DNA of 64,000 nucleotides. Origin: a virus. How positions within the stretch are numbered: the stretch's first letter is position 1; the number at the start of each line of letters is the position of its first letter. Both the position numbers and the translations under genes were made by a program. Below, piece by piece: positions 43,418 to 52,337 of the stretch. The notes under the pieces were generated by a model that did no database searches, was not told the origin of the DNA, and saw only the letters and a list, made by a program, of their open reading frames with translations. The stretch is from positions 1-64,000 of IMG/VR virus record IMGVR_UViG_3300038393_000864; one strand, written 5' to 3'.

Positions 43418-44370
43418 ACTAAACCCCAGTCCTCACTAAATTTATACTCTTGCCCAACATAGTCAAGCATCTTAAGAAGCATAACATTCTCGTCCATCAC
43501 TTCCACCCAAGATAAGATTGTACCATCGGCCAGTTCATACCCTTCCTTGAAGGTTTCCTGATAAACCCAAGCAACTCGTTTAGCCAGTTTTTCTTTCGTC
43601 TCGCACCCCACAAGGCACTTGGTAGCCGCAACCTCACCAAACCCCTTGCCCTTGCGAATGCCAAACTTCTCCCTAACGGAATCCACAGCGTATGGGATGC
43701 CCATAATATTATCGATGCTATCTCCTCGCAAACTTTGATAGGCAAGTTGATAGAACCCCTCCAAATCCTCTACGTAGGTTGCCGCATCATCCCATCTTGT
43801 TGCATCGGTATGCCAACCAACACACATCTTCAAGTCCTTGTCGGGGCTGCTGATTGCCCTGTCAGAGTCTTCACCGTGCTCACGATGTTCAGCAAGCCAG
43901 ATGCTACAGATGTCGTCGCTTTCAATATTGGTTTGGGGCTGCACAATGTACTCAGGAATACGTTTTAGCAGTTTGGCCTTAATATCGTTGAACAGCAATG
44001 GCTTTGCAGCACGTTGCCCCTTGTACGGCTGAATCCTGGCAATCTTATCTCGGAAGTTTCCGTGCGGCCCGCCTACAATAAACTTAATACTCTTAACAGG
44101 ATTACTCTCGTTGATGTCGTTCATCCGACCTAACAAGCCTTCTACAGCATTGTTGACACTTCCTACGATTGTTACGTTATCTTCAATCTCAAACTGCTCA
44201 GGCTTCCACTTAGGATTCTCTTTGAGCCAGTTTTTAAATGCTGTACGGTTATCGTACTCTTTCTTCCTGCCGGAAGCAATGTGTCTAGCAAAGATTGTGT
44301 TCTTTTGTTGAGCAGCGGCGGCAGAGACAAGGGCTGTGTCGAAATCGCAATATAGGTCGTACTTTCTCAT
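43414..44370 (-). CDS. 5'-3' exonuclease / flap endonuclease (FEN, RNase H-like)
   Basis: PYKGQRAAKP and IESDDICS motifs are typical of the PIN-like 5' nuclease family. Confidence 0.75.
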   Translation of the reverse strand: MRKYDLYCDFDTALVSAAAAQQKNTIFARHIASGRKKEYDNRTAFKNWLKENPKWKPEQFEIEDNVTIVGSVNNAVEGLLGRMNDINESNPVKSIKFIVGGPHGNFRDKIARIQPYKGQRAAKPLLFNDIKAKLLKRIPEYIVQPQTNIESDDICSIWLAEHREHGEDSDRAISSPDKDLKMCVGWHTDATRWDDAATYVEDLEGFYQLAYQSLRGDSIDNIMGIPYAVDSVREKFGIRKGKGFGEVAATKCLVGCETKEKLAKRVAWVYQETFKEGYELADGTILSWVEVMDENVMLLKMLDYVGQEYKFSEDWGLV

Positions 44371-44446
44371 AAACCTCCTAACAATGAAGCCCCAACACCC
44401 TTTCGAGTGCAGGGGTAGATGTTACTCTACAACGTTGTCAAAATGC

Positions 44447-45097
44447 TCAGAATGGAATATCATCATCCATGTCGCTAAAGTTTGGGGCGGGCTTCGGCTC
44501 AGGTTTCTGAACATCCTTAGCTTTGTTAGCACGGGCTTTGGTCGCTTCTTCACGAGGCGCTTCAACTTTAACAGCCTTAGCATCGCCAAACTCACTGCCC
44601 GCCGCACCGCCACCGGTGGACTTGTACTCGATAAAACCTTCTTCATCCATAAGAATGTTGTTCAGTTGACCGAAAGTGCCAAACGAGTTTTCAGTGATGC
44701 GATACGACACTTTAGCTTTACTTCCGTTACTGATCAGGCGAGATTGCGTAATATCTACACGCTCGCCATCTGCCATATCAAGCAGAACTTTCGGACGGTA
44801 CTTCTCGTCGTACATCTCGCCGTCTTTCGATGCAGGCTTGCGCATTTTGATGACAAACACTTCTTCGCCACCAAACGGAGGTTCCATCTTGAACTTCTCG
44901 GTGAACTCTTCTGCATCAAACTCCTTAGCTTTCTGTTTGGAGAATTGCTTGTTCCAAGCTTTAGCAGTTGCTTTATCAACGATGCAATCAACTTCGTACA
45001 CGAGGTCTTCAGATTGATACTTCTTAACAGGCTCAGCGATCTTAGCGTATGCCAGCACAACATTGTTCAGAACACCGTATTGATTTTTATCAGCCAT
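44447..45097 (-). CDS. ssb: single-stranded DNA-binding protein (T7 gp2.5-like)
   Basis: Acidic C-terminal tail SDMDDDIPF, the hallmark of SSB partner-binding tips. Size and position are appropriate for the replication module. Confidence 0.8.
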   Translation of the reverse strand: MADKNQYGVLNNVVLAYAKIAEPVKKYQSEDLVYEVDCIVDKATAKAWNKQFSKQKAKEFDAEEFTEKFKMEPPFGGEEVFVIKMRKPASKDGEMYDEKYRPKVLLDMADGERVDITQSRLISNGSKAKVSYRITENSFGTFGQLNNILMDEEGFIEYKSTGGGAAGSEFGDAKAVKVEAPREEATKARANKAKDVQKPEPKPAPNFSDMDDDIPF

Positions 45098-45204
45098 TTT
45101 GTTTCCTTTTCACTTGATTTTCAAACTACGTTTAAATAATTTACAGCACTTGCGGAATGCCCCTTGGCGATTCCTCCTTGTCCTGAGAATGCAGGACGCA
45201 TTTA

Positions 45205-45405
45205 CTACTTATTAGTCTCCTCTTCAACCACCTTATAAGCCATGAAAACTGCCATAAGAATGCAAAGAGTGTTAACAAACGGGATGATTCCCAGCACAAC
45301 AGAAATGCAAGTCTGCTTCCCTGTCAACTTATTTTCAGCAAAGTGCAAGTTGCACAGAACGAGGGCCAGCCAAAGTAAGCAACAAACAAGATAGAAAATC
45401 AGCAT
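45205..45405 (-). CDS. small two-TM membrane protein (66 aa)
   Basis: Two hydrophobic segments (FYLVCCLLWLALVLC and VVLGIIPFVNTLCILMAVFMA). Confidence 0.55.
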   Translation of the reverse strand: MLIFYLVCCLLWLALVLCNLHFAENKLTGKQTCISVVLGIIPFVNTLCILMAVFMAYKVVEEETNK

Positions 45406-45653
45406 TCGTTTTCCTTACTATCATAAAGTTTCAACACTTCAGCTTCAATCTCAGCCCAAGCTTTTGTGCCAAGAAGATTGCTGATTTCAATATCATCAAC
45501 ATACACTGCTTCGATAATCACTTCCTCTGACGACTCAGGTTCATCTGCTGTTGCAGGAATAGCTTGGTAGAACCTGAATTCCACTTCTAGTTCGACATTG
45601 CGAAGCAAAATCTTACGGGTGAAGAATTGTTTATTTTGCTCGGAATAGCTCAA
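45399..45653 (-). CDS. hypothetical protein (84 aa), TTG start
   Basis: GGGAGG SD 6 nt before the TTG at 45653. Confidence 0.5.
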   Translation of the reverse strand: MSYSEQNKQFFTRKILLRNVELEVEFRFYQAIPATADEPESSEEVIIEAVYVDDIEISNLLGTKAWAEIEAEVLKLYDSKENEC

Positions 45654-45712
45654 GAATGTCCTCCCATATTAAAATTAAGCCAATCTTGACGAGCATCCAC
45701 CTGTAGGCTAGA

Positions 45713-45952
45713 TCACTCATGTTTGGCATCGCGACAAGAAACTTCGTACTCGATTCCAGCATATGCCAACCCTTGATAGAATCCGTCCAGCTTTTCTGTG
45801 CCTTTATCGTGATAGTAATCTCCACCACGGAAAACTACATCACCAGTTGTCTTGTCGTACAAAACAACACTCCAGTAGTCTCCGATGCCGTAAAGTTGTC
45901 CATTTTCTTCTTCGACATCTTCGTAATAAGTAACCTCTTCAAAGCTTTTCAT
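45713..45952 (-). CDS. hypothetical protein (79 aa)
   Basis: Coupled ORF, preferred over the overlapping 45631-45828 ORF. Confidence 0.5.
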   Translation of the reverse strand: MKSFEEVTYYEDVEEENGQLYGIGDYWSVVLYDKTTGDVVFRGGDYYHDKGTEKLDGFYQGLAYAGIEYEVSCRDAKHE

Positions 45953-46155
45953 TCTGCCTCCAACTCGTCCATCTTATCCCGCAGACCATACAGCATCTCC
46001 AGACGTTGATGACGCTCCTCTACATACTCTTCATCACGAGAGATGAGCCATTGCAGATAAGCGATGTCATTCTCCACTTGCTCTCGTGTCAGGACGACAG
46101 CATGAGCTTCTTCTACAACTGGTGCATCGTCAATAACAATTTTATTGTCGTTCAT
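45949..46155 (-). CDS. hypothetical protein (68 aa)
   Basis: Coupled ORF. Confidence 0.5.
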   Translation of the reverse strand: MNDNKIVIDDAPVVEEAHAVVLTREQVENDIAYLQWLISRDEEYVEERHQRLEMLYGLRDKMDELEAE

Positions 46156-46280
46156 TTCATACTCCGAAGTTCATTTTCCAATTCGATGATTTCGTCTTCG
46201 ATGTTGTAAATCTCATCCTTAAGACTCTGGCGCTCGTCGTGCAGGAAATCAATGCGCTTCTCGATTTCTTCTTTAGTCAT
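46152..46280 (-). CDS. hypothetical coiled-coil peptide (42 aa, below track cutoff)
   Basis: AAGGAGGATGT SD. Hand-translated as MTKEEIEKRIDFLHDERQSLKDEIYNIEDEIIELENELRSMK. Confidence 0.5.
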   Translation of the reverse strand: MTKEEIEKRIDFLHDERQSLKDEIYNIEDEIIELENELRSMK

Positions 46281-46669
46281 ACATCCTCCTTAATAACTGA
46301 AACGTCATTGTACACTATTTTCTCTGGCGACACAAGCATTCTATCAATCTCACCAATAAAATTGTTAACACAGCGTAGGCTTTTTACAACACCTTTTGCA
46401 TCTTGTGCTGCGTGTCCGTGGTTGTAGAGCCAGTCCATCAGTTTGAAGCTCTTACAGCGGAAATAGTTGTAAAGCTCATCCTTCTTGTACAAGATGCCCT
46501 TTGGGAAGTCCTCTGGCAAGCTCACGAAGTAAGGGAAGCGAATGTGCACATCCTTCCTCTTCAATGTGATTGCCTCTACAACAGCAGCAGCAAGAATCTT
46601 ATAGTCCTCATCAGAAGCTTCCCTTGTGGTGGCTCTAAGCTGGTTAGAGGGCTTGCGTCTGACTGTCAT
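46277..46669 (-). CDS. hypothetical protein (130 aa)
   Basis: Coupled ORF. Confidence 0.6.
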   Translation of the reverse strand: MTVRRKPSNQLRATTREASDEDYKILAAAVVEAITLKRKDVHIRFPYFVSLPEDFPKGILYKKDELYNYFRCKSFKLMDWLYNHGHAAQDAKGVVKSLRCVNNFIGEIDRMLVSPEKIVYNDVSVIKEDV

Positions 46670-46881
46670 TACAGCAACACCGCCAACACAGAATATCCAG
46701 CGTCCTCAGCGTCCTCTGGGTCGCTTGCCCATTCATCGTAAAGGTTGTGACTCTTGCTATCCGTGTAGATATAGCTCGGCGCACTAACCATCTCAGGCGA
46801 TTGTCCATGATCGCAATATCCGTACACTTCAAGGTTGCCGTCGAATTTCTTCAGGTGTTCGATAAGTTCTTTGACTTTCAT
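46669..46881 (-). CDS. hypothetical protein (70 aa)
   Basis: GGAGGG SD before ATG 46881. Confidence 0.55.
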   Translation of the reverse strand: MKVKELIEHLKKFDGNLEVYGYCDHGQSPEMVSAPSYIYTDSKSHNLYDEWASDPEDAEDAGYSVLAVLL

Positions 46882-47090
46882 TGATCTTCCCTCCAAATTT
46901 TTCCGCATACAGGACAGTCAAACGTGTACCAATAGCTGTCGTCATCTTTGCACCAATTGCCAGTGTTAGCGCCGGGAGTTTTCTTAACACCCTCGTGCTG
47001 ACAAACCTCTTGAGCATCTTTAATCTTCTGCTGAAGCTGTTCAATCTTTCGGTTGTGATTGTTAATCTCCTTGTTCAACACTTGTTTCAT
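46878..47090 (-). CDS. hypothetical protein (70 aa) with C-terminal CxxC
   Basis: ATG 47090. Contains ..FDCPVCGKIW.. Confidence 0.5.
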   Translation of the reverse strand: MKQVLNKEINNHNRKIEQLQQKIKDAQEVCQHEGVKKTPGANTGNWCKDDDSYWYTFDCPVCGKIWREDQ

Positions 47091-47242
47091 TTCATCTCCA
47101 CATCGTAAAGGTTGCCACCAAGTCCATCTGCAATTTCTTGCAGTTTCTGCTTCACCCAACCAATTGTATAATCGTATTGGTCGTCTGAGAAATATTCGTC
47201 AGTGATGTTGTGAATTTGTACTCGGAAGGTTAGGTTCATCAT
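47087..47242 (-). CDS. hypothetical protein (51 aa, below track cutoff)
   Basis: Hand-translated as MMNLTFRVQIHNITDEYFSDDQYDYTIGWVKQKLQEIADGLGGNLYDVEMK. Overlapping stops/starts. Confidence 0.45.
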   Translation of the reverse strand: MMNLTFRVQIHNITDEYFSDDQYDYTIGWVKQKLQEIADGLGGNLYDVEMK

Positions 47243-47436
47243 CAACCCTTTGTATGCTTAGGCTCTTTCGGCACTTCTGTGCCATACGCCTCGACATATG
47301 CGTCATTCACCATTGTTGCCAAAACAGGGCTTGTGTCCGCTACTAGCCGCTGAAAGAACATCAGGTATTCAAACCTGTCAGTGTACTCCTTCATGTCTTT
47401 TAGAAGCTCTGTCATTTCAATTTTGATTTCCATCAT
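47242..47436 (-). CDS. hypothetical protein (64 aa)
   Basis: GGAGGA SD before ATGATG at 47436. Confidence 0.5.
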   Translation of the reverse strand: MMEIKIEMTELLKDMKEYTDRFEYLMFFQRLVADTSPVLATMVNDAYVEAYGTEVPKEPKHTKG

Positions 47437-47496
47437 TCCTCCGTATAAAATCTGTTTGGCACAACTTGCCACCCGTGCCCATTCCAAGCAACATCT

Positions 47497-47688
47497 CTAG
47501 TACTCATACCCTTGTTGCGCATTCCTGCTCCGTACGTTCGTGACGTACTCTTTGTCGAGTGCTTCTTGTTGGGCGTGGTCAAAGCCGTCTTGCCAGTACT
47601 CATGCTCATCTGTGCCATCCTCGTATGGGTTGATGGTTTTACCTTTTGCATATGCCGCTTGCCCTTCGTAGTACGATTTAAAACGCAT
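47497..47688 (-). CDS. hypothetical protein (63 aa)
   Basis: ORF immediately downstream of the polymerase gene. Confidence 0.5.
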   Translation of the reverse strand: MRFKSYYEGQAAYAKGKTINPYEDGTDEHEYWQDGFDHAQQEALDKEYVTNVRSRNAQQGYEY

Positions 47689-47700
47689 TTCTGTGTTGTC

Positions 47701-49773
47701 CTATGGTTTAATAACGAGTTTCTCTGCTTCAGCTACGTAGTAATCATAATCGATATCTCCGTCAAAGTCATCCATGTTGTTGCAAGGGCGCACTTTCCAT
47801 TCCGAATCAATTGACAATCTACGTTCTTCACCGCCAGCTTCAAGAGGAGGCATGATTTTTACAAGCTTACCACCCGATTTACTAGGGTAATACCTACAAA
47901 TATTTTGTTGCCGGACTTCGCTGCCATCATCCATAACAAGAACAAGACGACTGTTACGAGGAACCTTAGTACGAAGCATAAAATCAAATCGCTCCTTGTG
48001 GTTCATGACGAATTCACGAATATCTGTTCCGTGAAGCATCGCAGCCTCAGCAGCCATCGGAATCACCAGAGACGAGTGGTTCTTATGCCATCCCAAGTCC
48101 TTGTACTCATAAGCGCCCTTATTCTTTGTCTTGCCATTCGTGTAGAGGGCGATGTAGTTGTTCACGTCACGGATGAACATTTTTTCGTACTCAGCAAACT
48201 CTAGTTGCAAACCAACTTGCTTCTGCCACGATTCGCAAATCGCATCATACTGAGCACGAGTGTCTTTGCGAAGTGCCACAGTAACACCATCAGTGTTCAC
48301 CTGAATCAGCTTCAACCCTTCAATTTCAAGCAGCTTTTCAGCCAACAGACACAACGAAAGCTGTCCATTAATCGTAATCTTCATGGTGTAAGCTGGATCG
48401 TAGAATGGACTGAATTGGTTGTTACTATCGCCATACACACCGTTCAGTGCCAACTTCATCATACCGTTTTCAGCACTGCCTTTGGAATAAGATTTTCGCT
48501 GTTCGTACACGTCCTCATAAATGTCGCAGAACTTTACCCCTAAGTGTTGAGGATACACCTTGTTCGCAATGGCAATGTTAGGATACATGGAACTTACGTC
48601 AGCGTCAACAATATCATACACAGAAGTTCTCTTAGCAATTTTACTGCTGAGACTACCGTGGATGCCTCCAGTACCAAAGTCAAATCTAAAGCCGTCGATA
48701 ACAACGTTGAGAGTTTCAGCTACCTTCCAGCAAGCCCAATAAGAATATTGAGTCTCACCTTTTTTCTTCGCTTTCAACTCAACTTTGTCAACCCAACCAC
48801 AAGGATGCTCTCTGCGAAATGCATCATATTCTGACTTAGATGGCTCACCTTTAAGCTTCTTGCGCTTCACAACCATCTCAGCAAACTTAGCTACGTCACC
48901 AAGCTTGTGTTCTTCGATGTCTGTGAACACACCTTTCGTTTCACGAATTACTTGTTTAGAGAGCCAGTCCATGACTGCAATGAACTCTGGACGTTTAAAG
49001 TCGTAGTAATTGAACAAGCATTCCTTGATACGAATAACATCCCGCTTCGTTTGATTAATCTGCCTTTTACCATTAACAATCTTATAAACAGGAATCTTGG
49101 ACTCTTCAAGACGCATGATGAAGTAGTCCTTGCCGATTTTTGTATCATTATGGTTCATGAAATCACGACCATATTTTGCAGTAAGAGTCTCGCGAAGTTC
49201 GATGTTTGGAACGCTATGCTTGTAGAAATCCAGAGTCATGCGAACATCGTGAGCATTGTATCGCTTAAGCTCGTCAATCTGTTCATTGCTAAGTTCCATT
49301 CCAACGGGAAATGGGAGGTCTTCAATGTTATGAGAACGCATGTTGAATTCCAGCATTTTAAGACTGGTCATACGCGCTTTGTTATCGAAGTGATGAACCT
49401 TGAACAAGTCGATTTGTTTGCAATGGCGTTCTTCAGCCTTCACGGTATTGGCGAACTCACCTCTCATACTCTCAATCTGTTCTTGTGCATACCCATACAC
49501 CCTGCGAGCAATAGTCTCACCCTTAACAGGCATCTTACCATCTCGCAGCTTCAACAACTTGTGGACAACAGGATAATCGAAATTAAGATTGTTGAATCCT
49601 ACAAGAAAGTCCTGTTGCTCAGCTACATAGTCGAGGCATTTGAGAATACGGTCAACTTCGTTTTTCCTACCACTTACCTCAAACGTGTTTGCAAACTTAC
49701 CGTCTTCGCGGATCACGCTAAAGGTGAACACATTTGGGTATGTCTCAATATCGTAAATCCACTTCTTGTTCAA
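47701..49773 (-). CDS. DNA polymerase, family B, with 3'-5' exonuclease domain
   Basis: Exo motifs YDIETYPN, GFNNLNFDYPV and YNAHDV. Pol motifs DADVSSMYPN, KLALNGVYG and QVNTDGV. Confidence 0.88.
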   Translation of the reverse strand: MNKKWIYDIETYPNVFTFSVIREDGKFANTFEVSGRKNEVDRILKCLDYVAEQQDFLVGFNNLNFDYPVVHKLLKLRDGKMPVKGETIARRVYGYAQEQIESMRGEFANTVKAEERHCKQIDLFKVHHFDNKARMTSLKMLEFNMRSHNIEDLPFPVGMELSNEQIDELKRYNAHDVRMTLDFYKHSVPNIELRETLTAKYGRDFMNHNDTKIGKDYFIMRLEESKIPVYKIVNGKRQINQTKRDVIRIKECLFNYYDFKRPEFIAVMDWLSKQVIRETKGVFTDIEEHKLGDVAKFAEMVVKRKKLKGEPSKSEYDAFRREHPCGWVDKVELKAKKKGETQYSYWACWKVAETLNVVIDGFRFDFGTGGIHGSLSSKIAKRTSVYDIVDADVSSMYPNIAIANKVYPQHLGVKFCDIYEDVYEQRKSYSKGSAENGMMKLALNGVYGDSNNQFSPFYDPAYTMKITINGQLSLCLLAEKLLEIEGLKLIQVNTDGVTVALRKDTRAQYDAICESWQKQVGLQLEFAEYEKMFIRDVNNYIALYTNGKTKNKGAYEYKDLGWHKNHSSLVIPMAAEAAMLHGTDIREFVMNHKERFDFMLRTKVPRNSRLVLVMDDGSEVRQQNICRYYPSKSGGKLVKIMPPLEAGGEERRLSIDSEWKVRPCNNMDDFDGDIDYDYYVAEAEKLVIKP

Positions 49774-49786
49774 AGTTATCTCCTAA

Positions 49787-50125
49787 TCAATATTCCCAAA
49801 GTTCCGTGTATTCCACTTTACGCATGTTATGCGCCTTAATGAACAAATCTTGCGAACAATTTTCATCGCAGTATTTGCAGCATTCTTCGTACTCGTCGCT
49901 ACCATACCAGTCAACAGGCACGCCGTGATAATCGTCTCCTTCGCCTGTACGTGCCTTATACTTGGTAACACTCTCGTTACGAGCTTTCTGTCGCTGTGCA
50001 AGCTTGTCCGCTGCAAACTGCTCCCACTCACTTGTAGTAACAACATGGTCGCAAACATACATGCCTCCGACACCGTAGTCGCTATACTCACCAGACGAGA
50101 ACATGAAGAAATGTAGATTGTCCAT
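49787..50125 (-). CDS. hypothetical protein (112 aa)
   Basis: Coupled ORF. Confidence 0.55.
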   Translation of the reverse strand: MDNLHFFMFSSGEYSDYGVGGMYVCDHVVTTSEWEQFAADKLAQRQKARNESVTKYKARTGEGDDYHGVPVDWYGSDEYEECCKYCDENCSQDLFIKAHNMRKVEYTELWEY

Positions 50126-50559
50126 TAGTCTTCCCCAAACATCTCAGCCAATTGATCGTAGCTATACGTCACCTGATAATCATCCTGTTGTGCAAGCTTG
50201 ACCAAATTCTGCCAATCTACATCCACGCCAGAGCACCATGCTTCTATGGCCTGTTCCGCTTTTAGTTCATCCTTAAGCGCCCGTTGAATCTCTTCCAGCC
50301 CAGCAATCTTCTTCTTGAACTTGCGAATGTAGGGTGTGAAGATTGCTGCTTGTTCTCGATAAAGACATTCTTGCTTGCGGAACTCGATAGCTTTATTAAC
50401 CTCATCATCACCTTCTGCTTTGAACGAATGAATATCAAAATCATCAGCCATCTTGTTGTACTCTGCACGCTGATTTCGCAAAGCATTATACTCCTCGTGC
50501 AAGCCCGTCAACACCTGCTCATTCAATTTAATTTGTCGTTGAATAAGTGCTGCTTTCAT
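50125..50559 (-). CDS. hypothetical protein (144 aa)
   Basis: Coupled ORF, predicted helical. Confidence 0.55.
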   Translation of the reverse strand: MKAALIQRQIKLNEQVLTGLHEEYNALRNQRAEYNKMADDFDIHSFKAEGDDEVNKAIEFRKQECLYREQAAIFTPYIRKFKKKIAGLEEIQRALKDELKAEQAIEAWCSGVDVDWQNLVKLAQQDDYQVTYSYDQLAEMFGED

Positions 50560-50933
50560 TATCGATTACCTTTCACAAATTCCAGAGTTGCTTGATAGTC
50601 TTCGTAATACCAATGATCTTCCTCTACAACGTTGTTCAGCAATTCTTCCTGCTTTTCTTGCGGGAGAATAGTGTCAAGATAGGTTCGTCCAAAGTCAGCC
50701 AGCCGTCGTTGATACTCGGCCTTTTCATCTTCGCTAAGATCGTCATACCAAGTGTAACCAAACTCACCTTCAAAAGCATCGCAGCCTGAGCAGGAGCCAT
50801 AACTTCCTTGCACCCAACCCACCTCACCATTATACTCGACTTTTGCATACCACTCACCTTGGTAGCTTCCAAACTCTTGAAACGCCAACACCTTAGCACC
50901 TGCTGCTTCCATTGCTTCACAGTAGCCCATCAT
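50559..50933 (-). CDS. hypothetical protein (124 aa)
   Basis: Coupled ORF. Confidence 0.55.
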   Translation of the reverse strand: MMGYCEAMEAAGAKVLAFQEFGSYQGEWYAKVEYNGEVGWVQGSYGSCSGCDAFEGEFGYTWYDDLSEDEKAEYQRRLADFGRTYLDTILPQEKQEELLNNVVEEDHWYYEDYQATLEFVKGNR

Positions 50934-51037
50934 TTACTCCCAAAAATTTTATCCAAAATCTTATGTGCCAGATATCCTATGCCAACTCCTGTACACACGC
51001 ACCCTACGAAGAACATAGCCGATACGAAAATAAACAT
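50930..51037 (-). CDS. hydrophobic micropeptide (35 aa, below track cutoff)
   Basis: AAGGAG SD. Hand-translated as MFIFVSAMFFVGCVCTGVGIGYLAHKILDKIFGSK. Confidence 0.45.
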   Translation of the reverse strand: MFIFVSAMFFVGCVCTGVGIGYLAHKILDKIFGSK

Positions 51038-51039
51038 TA

Positions 51040-51216
51040 TTACCCCAACTCCTTAGTCATATAGTCAATAACAGATTCAATCTTGTTCACTTCAAACTCA
51101 TCAAGCCAGCGTACAATTTGACCGTTTCGCGTAAGGCACCACCATTCTGTATCGGAATACCCATACTGAAGCTTCTCGTAGAATGCTTCGCTGTCACTCT
51201 TTACAGGGATTCGCAT
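51040..51216 (-). CDS. hypothetical protein (58 aa, below track cutoff)
   Basis: GAGGAGGAAGG SD. Hand-translated as MRIPVKSDSEAFYEKLQYGYSDTEWWCLTRNGQIVRWLDEFEVNKIESVIDYMTKELG. Confidence 0.5.
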   Translation of the reverse strand: MRIPVKSDSEAFYEKLQYGYSDTEWWCLTRNGQIVRWLDEFEVNKIESVIDYMTKELG

Positions 51217-51377
51217 CACTTGCCTTCCTCCTCACATTCGATTTGCATGTACAAGTCTGCCACTTGATCCCAAGTAAACTTACCGTCAAACTGGATATTC
51301 AGCACAGCTAAAGAGTCATTCACACTAAACCCCATTGCCCAATATTCTCGTACAAGCTCTTTCGTATGGAACGCCAT
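51216..51377 (-). CDS. hypothetical protein (53 aa, below track cutoff)
   Basis: Hand-translated as MAFHTKELVREYWAMGFSVNDSLAVLNIQFDGKFTWDQVADLYMQIECEEEGK. TGATG overlap. Confidence 0.45.
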   Translation of the reverse strand: MAFHTKELVREYWAMGFSVNDSLAVLNIQFDGKFTWDQVADLYMQIECEEEGK

Positions 51378-52276
51378 CACACACTCCCCTTTTCAAACAC
51401 ATATTTGTAAGCGTCTTCCCACGTACCAAAGAACTTATACTCCGGAAACTTTGCTTTGATCTTCTGCACGTATTTGTGTTCGTCACTGTACAACTTGTTA
51501 GTTTGCACAACAATCTTATGTTTCTCACAGTTCTTGAAGTCACGATCAAGGGAGATATTACCACCTTTGTACCAAGCTTTGCAAATGCTAAATGGAAACT
51601 CTGGTACAACGCTACGATAAGTATCTTGACGCATCAACATGAGTTGTACGTTGATGCCATCTACAGTGGTTTCGTACACACAATTCAGGTGTGGGTTAAG
51701 CTGATACCACTCCGGTAGACTCTCAGATGTACGAACAGTGTTAATCTTGATACCAACGTGCTCAAGCATCTTTTCAATCAATCCGGTAAGAGGCACTGCC
51801 GAGTAAAAGAAAATGTCAAGATCGGTGGCAGGCTTACCAAAGTGCCAATCACGGGGTGCACCACCAGCACAAATTGCAAATGGATCAATCGAGAACAGCT
51901 TGTCAAGCACTTTGTCTGCTACAGCTTTTTGCTTTGCGATGATTTGTTCATCTGTTACAAAAAGATAAGGGATTGGTGGGGTACAGGGCTGCACAAACAA
52001 CGGCGTAGTAGGTTGTTTAAACCACTCACTCGCCTTCTTCAACTCATCCCCCACAAGTATATACTCTTCATTCGGATGCGATTGGAAATACTCCATGTCA
52101 TCCGTCTTCATAATGATGCCTGAGTTGTAGGTGAAGAACGCTTTGGCACTGTTATATACTTCAGCATCTCCTAAGAATTGATAGCCGAGCTTGTGCAGCA
52201 CGTTAGCAACATGTGTGCGATTAGCGAACGGATCGGACAAAGCAATCTTCATGTTTTCAAATTTACAGTAAGGCAT
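51377..52276 (-). CDS. nucleotidyltransferase, CCA-adding/poly(A) polymerase head-domain-like
   Basis: CAGGAPRDWHFGKPATDLDIFF matches the GGxxRD..DxD motif A. A downstream LDRDFKN resembles the RRDF motif B. Confidence 0.65.
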   Translation of the reverse strand: MPYCKFENMKIALSDPFANRTHVANVLHKLGYQFLGDAEVYNSAKAFFTYNSGIIMKTDDMEYFQSHPNEEYILVGDELKKASEWFKQPTTPLFVQPCTPPIPYLFVTDEQIIAKQKAVADKVLDKLFSIDPFAICAGGAPRDWHFGKPATDLDIFFYSAVPLTGLIEKMLEHVGIKINTVRTSESLPEWYQLNPHLNCVYETTVDGINVQLMLMRQDTYRSVVPEFPFSICKAWYKGGNISLDRDFKNCEKHKIVVQTNKLYSDEHKYVQKIKAKFPEYKFFGTWEDAYKYVFEKGSV

Positions 52277-52308
52277 ATTCCCCCCTTTTTTTAAAAATGT
52301 TAGAGTGT

Positions 52309-52337
52309 ATTGTAGGGCATTTCTGCCCTTGTGTCAA
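52309..52337 (-). promoter_or_regulatory. strong sigma70-type promoter (TTGACA-17-TACAAT)
   Basis: Minus strand: TTGACA at 52337-52332 and TACAAT at 52314-52309. The spacer contains a GGGCAGAAATGCCC hairpin. Confidence 0.65.

Noticed and set aside
45631-45828. 65-aa minus-strand ORF overlapping two neighbouring genes
   Set aside because: It conflicts with the better-supported pair 45399-45653 (SD plus TTG) and 45713-45952, and has no SD.
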